Shown: positions 9,154-18,159 of the stretch, piece after piece
Numbering within the stretch: position 1 is the first letter of the stretch
Layout of the letters: each line of letters begins with the position of its first letter
Origin: a virus
Reading direction: 5' to 3' (one strand)
DNA: 64,000 bases
Virus record (IMG/VR): IMGVR_UViG_3300004881_000001
Span: 1-64,000 of that record
Translations under genes and position numbers: made by a program
The notes under the pieces: generated by a model
The model's input: only the letters and a program-made list of their open reading frames with translations
What the model was told of the DNA's origin: nothing
Databases searched by the model: none

Positions 9154-9185
9154 CAAATGTACAATATTAATTAATATATAAAAAA
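9154..9185 (-). promoter_or_regulatory. Bacteroidota-type promoter for the Panacea-domain gene
   Basis: Minus strand: TTTT-N20-TACATTTG (-7 box = 9154..9161), about 33 nt upstream of ATG 9121. Confidence 0.45.
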
Positions 9186-9204
9186 CTATCTGAATATCAA
9201 AAAA

Positions 9205-9286
9205 CTACTGCCAATAACCCTAATTTACATTAAAAATATCATAACTCCAAATAAAATTCATTAAAACGTAATTTTACTCGGTCGTT
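9205..9286 (-). repeat. 82-bp promoter-plus-hairpin repeat, copy R2
   Basis: Direct repeat of 7556..7637 with 2 mismatches; hairpin 9252..9276; -7-like TATTTTTA (9231..9238). Confidence 0.85.
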
Positions 9287-9294
9287 GTAAACAA

Positions 9295-9546
9295 TTAAGT
9301 TGTAGTATTTGCATCACAATCTGTTCGCATGCAACTAAATCCTATGCCTTGTTCTCTTTTTAGCAGTCCACACTTACAACTTAACAGTTCAGCTTCGCTT
9401 TTACAACAATGCGTATAATTAATAGCTTCTTCCATAGCATCTATAAAGGTTTCGTTTGGCACATCATCAAATCTTGCTGTTGGTGCTTTTGCAAAAAACT
9501 TTTGTATGTGTTTATCTAATATTTCATTTAATTTTTTTCTGTCCAT
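9295..9546 (-). CDS. hypothetical Cys-rich protein (83 aa)
   Basis: ORF track; CCKSEAELLSCKCGLLKREQGIGFSCMRTDCD. Confidence 0.5.
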   Translation of the reverse strand: MDRKKLNEILDKHIQKFFAKAPTARFDDVPNETFIDAMEEAINYTHCCKSEAELLSCKCGLLKREQGIGFSCMRTDCDANTTT

Positions 9547-9595
9547 TTTTATTGTTTTAGTTATTATTCTAAGCTACTAATCATACACTTTCAAG

Positions 9596-9811
9596 TTAGC
9601 GGTAATTATTTAAAAACCATCTCCAATGCTCCGCTTTCCATAAGTTGGGATTTTTAATGTCTTCTAATTCTGTTGGTGGGTACTCGTTTTTTGTACTGTT
9701 AAACAGCTTGTTAACGTGATTTTTATGTAAGCAATACCACATATCAGCTTTTTCTAAAGCACTACCGCTAACACCACCTAAATTTAATTTATTCTCTTCG
9801 TTCATAAACAT
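9596..9811 (-). CDS. hypothetical protein (71 aa)
   Basis: ORF track; the stop codon lies inside a GCTAAC motif (CGC TAA CT). Confidence 0.5.
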   Translation of the reverse strand: MFMNEENKLNLGGVSGSALEKADMWYCLHKNHVNKLFNSTKNEYPPTELEDIKNPNLWKAEHWRWFLNNYR

Positions 9812-9839
9812 AATTTTAGCTTAAACGTTAGCAACAAGG

Positions 9840-10199
9840 CTACGTTACTGCCTTTAATTCAGATTCTAGTTCCGAAACTTGCTCCTCTAATTCGTCAATT
9901 CTATTATTTAAGTGTGTTATTTCACTTTCAGCATCAGAAGCCCTTTCCTCTGCATAATCTATTTGCCTACCAGCTTCTTTCCTCATACCCTCATTTGTTT
10001 TTCTAACATCTTCAAAGTTTAGTTCAAAGTCGTTATACATTCGGACAGCGTATTCTTTTACAAATACCTCTTTCGCTTCCCCTTCAAGTAAAGGACAACA
10101 ATCATCTACCATACTTTCAAGATAATTAGCTATATCGTTTTTAAATCTTTCTATACTTCTATCAATGTCAGGGCAAGTATGTCCGTAATCTAATGCCAT
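9840..10199 (-). CDS. hypothetical protein with C-terminal coiled coil (119 aa)
   Basis: ORF track; heptad-like ITHLNNRIDELEEQVSELESELKAV. Confidence 0.55.
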   Translation of the reverse strand: MALDYGHTCPDIDRSIERFKNDIANYLESMVDDCCPLLEGEAKEVFVKEYAVRMYNDFELNFEDVRKTNEGMRKEAGRQIDYAEERASDAESEITHLNNRIDELEEQVSELESELKAVT

Positions 10200-10246
10200 A
10201 ATTTTAGTTTTTATTTATTTTTCGTGTTTCATTGTTAACATGTTTA

Positions 10247-10381
10247 TTATCTGGTATATTTATTATAAATCTTAATAGCCTCGTTAATGTCTTCTTTGTT
10301 TTTGTGTTCTCCAATTAGGTCGCCAAATATGTATTCTTTCAATGAATCTAAGTTATTTAATTCCCAAGTTATATCTTCCAT
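10247..10381 (-). CDS. small ORF (44 aa), own call
   Basis: Own translation: MEDITWELNNLDSLKEYIFGDLIGEHKNKEDINEAIKIYNKYTR. Confidence 0.3.
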   Translation of the reverse strand: MEDITWELNNLDSLKEYIFGDLIGEHKNKEDINEAIKIYNKYTR

Positions 10382-10461
10382 ACTCGTTTAAATTTCTGTG
10401 TTTACGTTTAGCGTTGTAAGTCATATTTACACCTAACCGTACTTTTCTCCATTATGCTACT

Positions 10462-10650
10462 TTAATTATTTCTATTCGACCATTCATTGTATATTGAAAT
10501 CAATAACATTGAGAAGCCAAAAGTTCCCATCGCTAATATAATAATAATTTCTAACTTTGGCAACTTTTTTGGATATTCTTCTTGTAAAATTATCAAATTT
10601 GTACATAACCCTGTAGCTGCCCACACTAGTAAAAGTACTATCGCTTCCAT
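10462..10650 (-). CDS. small membrane protein (62 aa, 2 hydrophobic segments)
   Basis: ORF track; IVLLLVWAATGLCTNLIIL and IIIILAMGTFGFSMLLISI. Confidence 0.45.
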   Translation of the reverse strand: MEAIVLLLVWAATGLCTNLIILQEEYPKKLPKLEIIIILAMGTFGFSMLLISIYNEWSNRNN

Positions 10651-11135
10651 AATTGCTCTAAATTATTCCCTAAAATTTTATTTATGAGGAGGTCGATTTC
10701 TACCTTATGGTCTAACCTCTCCAGAAGTAACGAAGGAACTAATTGCCCTAATTTCCTTAAAGCCATGTTCTCGGACACATTCTCAGGAAATATTATCCTA
10801 TAATATGTACTTTCACCCTTTAGCTTTATCCCTACCCAACCTCGTTTCTTTTTACCCCCCAACTTAAAACTAGCTCCTATAAAACAGTTTGCTTCAGTAT
10901 CTTCCCCCAACTCTTCTAATATAGTCTGGGTAAAGGCAACATTGTCTTCGTTGACTCCGTGATTTAAATATTTCTTGTAGGGAGTTGGGTTACAATACAA
11001 CTCCCAACTCATTACATTTTTAGCGGCTTTAGTACTGTTTAACAGGCTATTAGCTATGGAACTACCCGTACCTTTCTCAAAACCCTTTATTTTCAGTTTA
11101 TGTTTAGTAATTTCTTCTATAATTCGATTGTTCAT
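10638..11135 (-). CDS. hypothetical protein (165 aa)
   Basis: ORF track; directly downstream of the helicase gene. Confidence 0.6.
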   Translation of the reverse strand: MNNRIIEEITKHKLKIKGFEKGTGSSIANSLLNSTKAAKNVMSWELYCNPTPYKKYLNHGVNEDNVAFTQTILEELGEDTEANCFIGASFKLGGKKKRGWVGIKLKGESTYYRIIFPENVSENMALRKLGQLVPSLLLERLDHKVEIDLLINKILGNNLEQLWKR

Positions 11136-11140
11136 ATTAG

Positions 11141-12259
11141 TTAAATTTTTTCAACCCAAACTCCGTTTTGTTTTCTATATTTAGCTCTATTGTTTTTATA
11201 ACTTTTTGCGTAATCGTAATGTGCTTCTCCCATTTCCGCTGCTGGGGGGAGTTCTCTAAAGGTTCCCGAGGGGGCTATAAAATTTAAACCTACATTAATC
11301 CCAGGCTCCCCATCTCTATTCTCCAAAATTTCAAAGTTTCTAAAACTGTTCCCCATTATGCCTACATTATAGTTTTGGAATCTATCTAATTTATGTTTAT
11401 AAGGACTAAATAAAGCCATAATCACGTTAGCGTCCCTAGTAGTATATTTTGAATCTCCAAAATCTTTTAGCGTAGGGGTCAGCCTGTTCTTAGTTTGTCT
11501 CTCCTCACTCTCCGCACTAAAAGATAACTGCTGAATAACTACGGGTATAGCTCTAAAGTTATTTCTCAAGCTTACTAAGTATTTACTCATCTTATCGATA
11601 TTTTGCTTAGTTGTGGAGCCTTTCTCATCCACCATTAAAGCAATATGATCTATAATTATAATCCAATATTTATTAGGGTCGTGAGGAGTGTAACTATCAA
11701 ACCTCATTATAGGAGTCCCATCAGGATCTTTATTAATGTTCTTTTTGTGTATTGTACCCATCTTTTCCGCTTTATCTCTAAGGTACTTATACATACCTGT
11801 AGGGTTGTCTGCCATATCATGGATGGTTACACAGTCTTGCATTTTTTCAAAATAATCTCTATAAGATAAAACTAATTCGTAAAGCTCGTCATTACAATGA
11901 TTTTTACCCCTGGATAGTATTGAGTTGACATCCGCTACTATCCCATAGTCATGCCATAACTTTCTAGCTATCCCTTTGATAATCTTAGTCTCTGAATCTA
12001 TCTCGTAAGAGAAGTAATCTATATCTAAGGTAATGCCTGAATCTGGATTATTGATTACATAGTCGTAAGCTCCATAGAAAAATATATCGTCAGCTAAAGA
12101 GGTTTTTCCTGCTTTTGTAGCTGCTCCTAAAAGATAATAAGTTTTTTGCTGTATATCAGGTAAATAACCTCGAAGCCTTTCAAAAGGTATGGGAATACCT
12201 TTATTATTACCGTCCCTACCTCTATTTATTTGTTCTACAGCTTTATCAAAAGTTCCCAT
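11141..12259 (-). CDS. replicative DNA helicase, DnaB/T7 gp4 C-terminal RecA-like fold
   Basis: Walker A YYLLGAATKAGKTSL; Walker B-like WIIIIDHIALM. Confidence 0.75.
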   Translation of the reverse strand: MGTFDKAVEQINRGRDGNNKGIPIPFERLRGYLPDIQQKTYYLLGAATKAGKTSLADDIFFYGAYDYVINNPDSGITLDIDYFSYEIDSETKIIKGIARKLWHDYGIVADVNSILSRGKNHCNDELYELVLSYRDYFEKMQDCVTIHDMADNPTGMYKYLRDKAEKMGTIHKKNINKDPDGTPIMRFDSYTPHDPNKYWIIIIDHIALMVDEKGSTTKQNIDKMSKYLVSLRNNFRAIPVVIQQLSFSAESEERQTKNRLTPTLKDFGDSKYTTRDANVIMALFSPYKHKLDRFQNYNVGIMGNSFRNFEILENRDGEPGINVGLNFIAPSGTFRELPPAAEMGEAHYDYAKSYKNNRAKYRKQNGVWVEKI

Positions 12260-12262
12260 AAG

Positions 12263-13018
12263 CTATTCTGTTGATTCATTAGGATATAATTCTTTTACCA
12301 AATCACTTTGCCAGTACTCTTTACTATTTATATCCATTATAGTAAGTTTCCCATTACGACCTCCTCCTGTATCTAAATTCCAAACATTGCATTTATGCAT
12401 AGGTTTATCTTCCTGCCAAGCCATTGTAGTAGTATGTCCTATGAATATCTCTGAATACGGTCTAAGTAACTTAGGTATAATACCTGTACCTTTATAATTA
12501 CTATGGCCCGATACAGCCTTTTTTTCCCAAAGATCTCTATCCCAATAATAGTTAGTTAAACTACTTTCGTCTCCTAAACCTTCTTCTGAGGTATACCCCC
12601 CATGAACAAAAGCCCTATTTTTATCGTCTACATAGTATAAATGTAAATACTTAAAAAATTTAACGTGCTTTTCCCAATCAAAATCATGATACATCTTAAA
12701 GTTTTCATAAGCTTCTTTAGTAGTGTTTCCTCCATTGTGAATCCAATTGGGATCTTCTACTGTAGTTTCTAACCACTTTTGGCACCATACATCATGATTG
12801 CCTTTTATAAAAATAGGCTTAAACTGAGATTCCTCCTTTATAGTTATAAGTAAATCTACACACTCTGGAGATTGACTCCATCCGTCTACATAATCTCCTA
12901 AGCATATTAACAAATCTTCTTTAGGATTATAATTACATCGATCCAAAACTTGCCGTAAAGCCTTGAAACCCCCGTGTAAATCTCCCATACATAATTCTCT
13001 TTTGGGTTTTAGTTCCAT
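12263..13018 (-). CDS. Ser/Thr-type metallophosphatase (lambda PP / ApaH-like)
   Basis: GDLHGGFKAL ... LICLGDYVDGW ... IKGNHD ... FVHGG ... IGHT motifs in canonical order. Confidence 0.8.
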   Translation of the reverse strand: MELKPKRELCMGDLHGGFKALRQVLDRCNYNPKEDLLICLGDYVDGWSQSPECVDLLITIKEESQFKPIFIKGNHDVWCQKWLETTVEDPNWIHNGGNTTKEAYENFKMYHDFDWEKHVKFFKYLHLYYVDDKNRAFVHGGYTSEEGLGDESSLTNYYWDRDLWEKKAVSGHSNYKGTGIIPKLLRPYSEIFIGHTTTMAWQEDKPMHKCNVWNLDTGGGRNGKLTIMDINSKEYWQSDLVKELYPNESTE

Positions 13019-13028
13019 AATTAAGGTC

Positions 13029-13214
13029 TTAATGATAAAAATCTTCTTTTATTGTTTCCTTTAGTATACTAGTAAATTCTAAAAAATCTTCTAGAGGACA
13101 CAAAGCGGCTATTAAACATAGTAAAGGCGTAAGTATTAAAAAAGCCCCTATCCTATAAATAATACCTCTCAAAATAGTTAGCACAATCGTTCCTATTATT
13201 TTAATTTTACTCAT
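13029..13214 (-). CDS. small membrane protein (61 aa)
   Basis: ORF track (13029..13250); start moved to ATG 13214 (MSKIKIIG), 4 nt after the upstream stop. Confidence 0.45.
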   Translation of the reverse strand: MSKIKIIGTIVLTILRGIIYRIGAFLILTPLLCLIAALCPLEDFLEFTSILKETIKEDFYH

Positions 13215-13218
13215 AATT

Positions 13219-13821
13219 TTAAATTTCTTTATGAAATAATCCTCCACCATTTTCCGTATTCTTTAACAAAGACCCCGTTTCTGCAATCTCCTCTAGCATC
13301 ATTTTAAGTACTGACACATCTTCACCCCTCTTAGCTTGTTTAGATATAAAGTAGTCTGCGCAAACCGTAGCCTCATAATTATCTTTACTCTTTTTGTAGA
13401 GATAGAGCCTAGTAGCATCGAAAATAGCCTCTTTACTCACTTCAGGGTTCTTGCCTACAAATTTACTCATCTTAACGCTACACCCTTGCTTATCTCCCCG
13501 AACAGGCCTTCCCATTGTATAAACTCCTTTAGGCCAAAGGTCTCTCCAAGAGTCTATCCAAGAGTCTACCGTGGTTATCTCCTCAAAAGTTTTAGTAAGT
13601 ATATGAAATTTTTTGGTTACTTCAAAATTATCTTCTACTTTTGTTACCCATTTATTCTTTAAGAGTTTATCTGTGAATGCGCTAGGTAAATTATAGGGAA
13701 ATTTTTCCCCTTTGTGTATGTACACCAAAAAACAGTATTCTGTAGGAGTAATTCCATTTTTATGTAGCTTTCCTAATCTACACATGATATCTAGTTCTTT
13801 TTGAATCACCTTTTCTTCCAA
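13219..13821 (-). CDS. hypothetical protein (200 aa)
   Basis: ORF track; replication-module position; SWIDSWRDLWPKG motif of unknown meaning. Confidence 0.6.
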   Translation of the reverse strand: MEEKVIQKELDIMCRLGKLHKNGITPTEYCFLVYIHKGEKFPYNLPSAFTDKLLKNKWVTKVEDNFEVTKKFHILTKTFEEITTVDSWIDSWRDLWPKGVYTMGRPVRGDKQGCSVKMSKFVGKNPEVSKEAIFDATRLYLYKKSKDNYEATVCADYFISKQAKRGEDVSVLKMMLEEIAETGSLLKNTENGGGLFHKEI

Positions 13822-13827
13822 ATCACT

Positions 13828-14010
13828 TTATTTTTTAAATTCCTCTACTTGTTCCTCTGTGCAGATAATATGGAAAAAATCCGATATTTTATCCGCTATT
13901 AATTTATTGTCTACTATTTCTGAATGTTCCCTTTCCATAAATTTCAACATAGTCTCCATAGCCTCAATTCGAGCTTTTGGTTTCTTCAATGGTATGACGA
14001 AGTTGTTCAT
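13828..14010 (-). CDS. hypothetical protein (60 aa; alternative start ATG 13959 gives 43 aa)
   Basis: ORF track; the longest form overlaps the helicase 3' end by 47 nt. Confidence 0.4.
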   Translation of the reverse strand: MNNFVIPLKKPKARIEAMETMLKFMEREHSEIVDNKLIADKISDFFHIICTEEQVEEFKK

Positions 14011-15085
14011 AGTTTGATGCGTTTATAACGTTAAAATTCCTCTGACTCTCTTGTACCCAATCCTCTTCTTTAGTTTTTCTAGCATATAATCTAATAGCTA
14101 TAGCATGTTTTCCCTCTATATCTGTACGTACAAGCCTCCCTAGTGTTTGTATAGCTTGTCTTTCCTTACTACTTCTAGCTAATAATACTCCAAAACTTAT
14201 TTCTGGTAGGGTAGCTCCCTCGTCAAAAATCTTAGGTGAAGCCAATAGACTAACTCCTTTTGTTTTATCGCTGAACAAGTCTAGCCTTTTCTTAGCCTCC
14301 TTCTTACTGTGTCCAGAATGTATAGCTACACAACCCTCTAGAGCCTGCTCCACCTCATCTGCTTGAGCTTTTCTCATTGTCAGAACTATACCTCTATCCT
14401 TTGGAAATAACTCCATTATATCTCTTAAAGCCCTTATTTTGTTTTCAGCAGTATAAAGTAAAGAAGTTCTCTTACTTATATTACCCCAATCCTGTCTATT
14501 GTATTTATGGTACACGTGATTTATCTTACTAGTGTAGGTATCATATAGTTTCTTTTCCTTTTTAGTTAGTGTTACTGGAAAATTTATAATAGTGAAAGGA
14601 GCTATAAAGCCTTTTTCCTCAGCTTCTTGTAAGCTTATTTTATCCACTACCTTCATATAAGGAGAAAGAATCTCTAACTGTTCTCTGGTTAAGGAAGCTG
14701 ATAATCCCAATACACTTGTATAAGAATTATTTTCAAAGTACGTCATTCTAAGCTCACTTGTAATATGATGAACTTCGTCCAGCACTACTATAGAATCTTC
14801 CCTACCTTGATTTTTATGTATTGAGTGGTAACACATAAAATCTACACTCTCTAACAAAGTCTCATGCCCAAATTTTATAAACTCTTTTGCTGTATTATCT
14901 ATTATAGTGTGGGTAGGGCTTACCCATAAGATTTTTTTCTTGGGAAATTTAGCTTGTACATGCTTAACTGCTAAGATAGCTCCAAAAGTTTTTCCTACTC
15001 CTGTGGCATAATTGAGAATACCTTTATAATCAGCTTTAACCCACTTGTTTAGCCCTCCCCTAATAACTTGTTCCCTCTCTGTCAT
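13964..15085 (-). CDS. SF2 DEAH-box DNA helicase
   Basis: Motif I ATGVGKT, motif II VLDEVHH, motif III SAS, motif VI QTLGRLVR. Confidence 0.8.
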   Translation of the reverse strand: MTEREQVIRGGLNKWVKADYKGILNYATGVGKTFGAILAVKHVQAKFPKKKILWVSPTHTIIDNTAKEFIKFGHETLLESVDFMCYHSIHKNQGREDSIVVLDEVHHITSELRMTYFENNSYTSVLGLSASLTREQLEILSPYMKVVDKISLQEAEEKGFIAPFTIINFPVTLTKKEKKLYDTYTSKINHVYHKYNRQDWGNISKRTSLLYTAENKIRALRDIMELFPKDRGIVLTMRKAQADEVEQALEGCVAIHSGHSKKEAKKRLDLFSDKTKGVSLLASPKIFDEGATLPEISFGVLLARSSKERQAIQTLGRLVRTDIEGKHAIAIRLYARKTKEEDWVQESQRNFNVINASNYEQLRHTIEETKSSN

Positions 15086-15089
15086 AATA

Positions 15090-17117
15090 TTAATGTTCCC
15101 AACTTTGTCCTATATGGACATCTGTGGTTAGTTTAACCCTACTGTAGAACCTTTCTCCAGCTTTTTCCATACATCTTTTAACTACTGTCCCCAACTCTTT
15201 ACTAAGCTCTTTAGGAGCTTCTAGCATAATCTCGTCATGTATAACGTTAGGCATAAAAACTTTAAAAAGCAAATCTTTTTCTTCTAGATGTTTGAAGATA
15301 TAAATTCCTGCTAGTTTAGTGATATCCGCAGAAGTCCCCTGCACAGGATAATTCAAAGCTTTCCTCTCTATCTGCCCTTTAAAATTAAAATATTTTTTAA
15401 CTAAAGGTTTTAGTTCGTTTTGAAACACTAGGGAGTTTTTCTCTTTATGTTCTCTGTAGTTTTTCCAAAATATATTGTTATTCACCTTAGTCTCTAAATC
15501 CGTAAATTGATGGAAGAAACCTACAAACGATTTCCTCTTTGTAACATCGTTAAATAATACGTACCCATTTTTAAGGGCCTCCTTCTTATTACCTTTCCAA
15601 TACTCTGATAAGCCTGGAAATGCTTTCATATAGGCATTGTAGAACCTTTCCCCTTCTTCCTCGGAAATGTTTAGGTTGGAAGCTACCGTGCTGCCGTTAC
15701 CTCCATAGTTAATAGCAAAACCTCCCATCTTAGCTATTTGTCGTTTGTCCTTGTGGTTTTTCTTAATCTCCTTAAGGTCTTCTCCCAGTTCAGGCCATAT
15801 CTTAGAAGCGTTAAAGCTATGCATATCTCCTAAACCGTTATCGTAAAACTCTAGTAAATCTTTATCCATAGATTGGTTAGCTAAAACTACTTGTTCCTGA
15901 CCAGAATAATCCGCTACTAGAAATTCATACCCCTCTTCTGGGATAAAGCAGTCTCTTTCGTATATTTTACCTTCTTCCCGATCTTCTGGGGTTGACGGTA
16001 TATTTTGAAAATTTATATATTCCTCCCCAGTAATTCTATTTTTACCCCCAGAAGAGAGCCTACCTGTATCCATTATTTGTGTGAAGTTTGTATGTATTCT
16101 TTCTGATACCTCACTAACCCCGTTTAAAAAGCTTTGTCCGTAAGTACTCACTACTTTTTCAGCAGCTTTGTACCTTAAATAGATCCCTACCGACTCGGAT
16201 TTTTCTTTTTGAGGCCTTAACACACTAGCGTCTACTGAGTTCTTTTCTATCCCCGTTTTCCTATCTAAAACGGTAGTGTTAACCCCTACTGTCTTAAAAA
16301 ACTGAGCAGCTTGTTTAGGGGACCCCCAGTTTATATTGCACTTAGCTCCCGTAGAAAATAAATCCATTTGACTTTCTATAAACCTAGTCATTTTATTATC
16401 TATAACCCAAGCATTTAATTCCTCCTCTAGTTTTTGCATATCAGCTAAGTTACTAGCCATCTTCTCTTTCCACTTGTACTGGTCTAACTTAAAACCAGAG
16501 TACTCTATATATGCTAAAACTTTTACATATAAATTATCCAGTTTAAGGGCTGATTCTAAATTTAAATTCTCGATTTGCGGAAGTTGCTTTTCCCTGATAG
16601 CCTGTAGATAGGCTACATCCTTAGCCGCGTATTTTATAACCTCTCTTGTAAGACCTAGTTTATGTATATCGTGACGAATACTTTTATCCATAGAAATTCC
16701 TAAGTACTTTTGGGTAAGAGCATTTAGTCCTTTTTTAGCTAGTTTGTCTCCCGTATGGAGAACACACTCCGCTAAGTAGGTATCGTAAATATTTGCGGGT
16801 ACTAGTCTTTTGTGGTAAAGGAACTTTAAATCAAACTTAGCGTGTTGCATTAAAAACACTTTTGACTTATCCGTAAACAAAGATTCAAACTTTTCTATAG
16901 GAACCGTTAAAGTATCCACCACAAATTGATTCTCTTTATCTCCAAACTGAGCTGATATAATTCTACAAGTGTAAGGATCAAACCCCTCAGTCTCTGTGTC
17001 AAAATCTATAAGATCGATATTTTTAAAGTAATCTAATAATTGAGTAGGGGTAGCTAACTTAATATCGTCGCCTAGCTCTTCCCATAGTTTTGTTTGATTT
17101 GTGACTAAATACACCAT
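15090..17117 (-). CDS. family A DNA polymerase with 3'-5' exonuclease domain
   Basis: Exo I DFDTETEG, Exo III YAAKDVAYL, Pol motif A LVADYSGQEQVVLA, motif B RQIAKMGGFAINYG, motif C VIHDEIMLE. Confidence 0.9.
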   Translation of the reverse strand: MVYLVTNQTKLWEELGDDIKLATPTQLLDYFKNIDLIDFDTETEGFDPYTCRIISAQFGDKENQFVVDTLTVPIEKFESLFTDKSKVFLMQHAKFDLKFLYHKRLVPANIYDTYLAECVLHTGDKLAKKGLNALTQKYLGISMDKSIRHDIHKLGLTREVIKYAAKDVAYLQAIREKQLPQIENLNLESALKLDNLYVKVLAYIEYSGFKLDQYKWKEKMASNLADMQKLEEELNAWVIDNKMTRFIESQMDLFSTGAKCNINWGSPKQAAQFFKTVGVNTTVLDRKTGIEKNSVDASVLRPQKEKSESVGIYLRYKAAEKVVSTYGQSFLNGVSEVSERIHTNFTQIMDTGRLSSGGKNRITGEEYINFQNIPSTPEDREEGKIYERDCFIPEEGYEFLVADYSGQEQVVLANQSMDKDLLEFYDNGLGDMHSFNASKIWPELGEDLKEIKKNHKDKRQIAKMGGFAINYGGNGSTVASNLNISEEEGERFYNAYMKAFPGLSEYWKGNKKEALKNGYVLFNDVTKRKSFVGFFHQFTDLETKVNNNIFWKNYREHKEKNSLVFQNELKPLVKKYFNFKGQIERKALNYPVQGTSADITKLAGIYIFKHLEEKDLLFKVFMPNVIHDEIMLEAPKELSKELGTVVKRCMEKAGERFYSRVKLTTDVHIGQSWEH

Positions 17118-17119
17118 AA

Positions 17120-17371
17120 TTACCTTACTGTTTTAGCGATTTGTCCCAACCTATCTAAATGTTCCTCGCACAAAGCCTCTATATTTGGGAAATGTTCAAA
17201 GGATAACTCAGATTCATTAATAATTTTATGTGTAAGCTCCCTACATTCTTCTATGCCTATTTTAAAATAAGTCTCCTGCTCTCTAGTTAAAGTTTCTTTA
17301 GATAGGAAGGACTCTTTTCTAACTGTAAATATCTCATTTACTTTACGGTAAAATTCATAAAAACTATCCAT
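17120..17371 (-). CDS. hypothetical protein (83 aa)
   Basis: ORF track; tight packing. Confidence 0.55.
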   Translation of the reverse strand: MDSFYEFYRKVNEIFTVRKESFLSKETLTREQETYFKIGIEECRELTHKIINESELSFEHFPNIEALCEEHLDRLGQIAKTVR

Positions 17372-17627
17372 TTTTGTCCTCCTTTTTTACTTTAATTATA
17401 CATAAAAGCCATACTAAATTTAAGACAACTACTAAGGAACCTCCAACGAAAGAATACCATTGTCCTAAGCTAGGGTAATAAAATAAGTTCCAAACTCCCC
17501 ACAAAGTAAAATACAAAGTAGGTATAGGATGAACTCCTTTTAGAGTTTTATGTTTAAGGATAGCTTTAATGTTTAATATCACTAATAATCCCCCAAAAAA
17601 TTCAAAAAACCCATTAACAATGTCCAT
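17364..17627 (-). CDS. small membrane protein (87 aa, about 3 TM)
   Basis: ORF track; three hydrophobic segments. Confidence 0.55.
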   Translation of the reverse strand: MDIVNGFFEFFGGLLVILNIKAILKHKTLKGVHPIPTLYFTLWGVWNLFYYPSLGQWYSFVGGSLVVVLNLVWLLCIIKVKKEDKNG

Positions 17628-17631
17628 AGTA

Positions 17632-17940
17632 TTAGTTTAAATGTATAAAACTCTTTTGCCCTAAAAAACCTAAAGTAACCATCTTTTCTTTGTCCTCTAT
17701 AGACTCTTGTACTTGGTTTAAGTTACTAATAACTCTTTTAACTTCCTCTTGATACTCCGATAAGGTTTTATTAGGAAACATTTTCTGCCAATCTCCATTT
17801 TTCTCTATAAAATCTAAATTAGATATGAATCTTTCCCCGAAGGCTACTAATTCCCATAGTTGCTTTAGAGGCCAATCTACTAAATCTATAGCGTACTTAT
17901 GATTTTCAATGTAAAAATCAAACATTTCTCCCTTTTCCAT
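17632..17940 (-). CDS. hypothetical protein (102 aa from ATG 17940; the track extends to GTG 18009)
   Basis: ATG (MEKGEMFDF) lies 1 nt after the stop of the small upstream ORF (TAAGATG), which favours the shorter form. Confidence 0.5.
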   Translation of the reverse strand: MEKGEMFDFYIENHKYAIDLVDWPLKQLWELVAFGERFISNLDFIEKNGDWQKMFPNKTLSEYQEEVKRVISNLNQVQESIEDKEKMVTLGFLGQKSFIHLN

Positions 17941-17941
17941 C

Positions 17942-18100
17942 TTAATTAGACTTTTTAGTTTTATTTCGTGTAACAGCTTTTTTAAAAACCTCTGAGATAT
18001 TACCCTCACTAAGATTAAAAGTGAGTTTCTTTTTCCCAGAAACCTCTTTCATCTCCTTAGAAATTTCTTCTGTAAAGTACAATCCTTTTTTAGTTTTCAT
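17942..18100 (-). CDS. small basic ORF (52 aa), own call
   Basis: Own translation: MKTKKGLYFTEEISKEMKEVSGKKKLTFNLSEGNISEVFKKAVTRNKTKKSN; about 28 nt downstream of a class B promoter. Confidence 0.35.
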   Translation of the reverse strand: MKTKKGLYFTEEISKEMKEVSGKKKLTFNLSEGNISEVFKKAVTRNKTKKSN

Positions 18101-18128
18101 AGTCTCTTTAATTAATCGTTATATGTAA

Positions 18129-18159
18129 ATATACAACTTATTTTTATAATAAACAAACT
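18129..18159 (-). promoter_or_regulatory. class B promoter (copy 1)
   Basis: Minus strand: AGTTTGTTTATTATAAAAATAAGTTGTATAT(TTA) = TTTG-N20-TATATTTA; 31/31 identical to 20498..20528. Confidence 0.6.
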
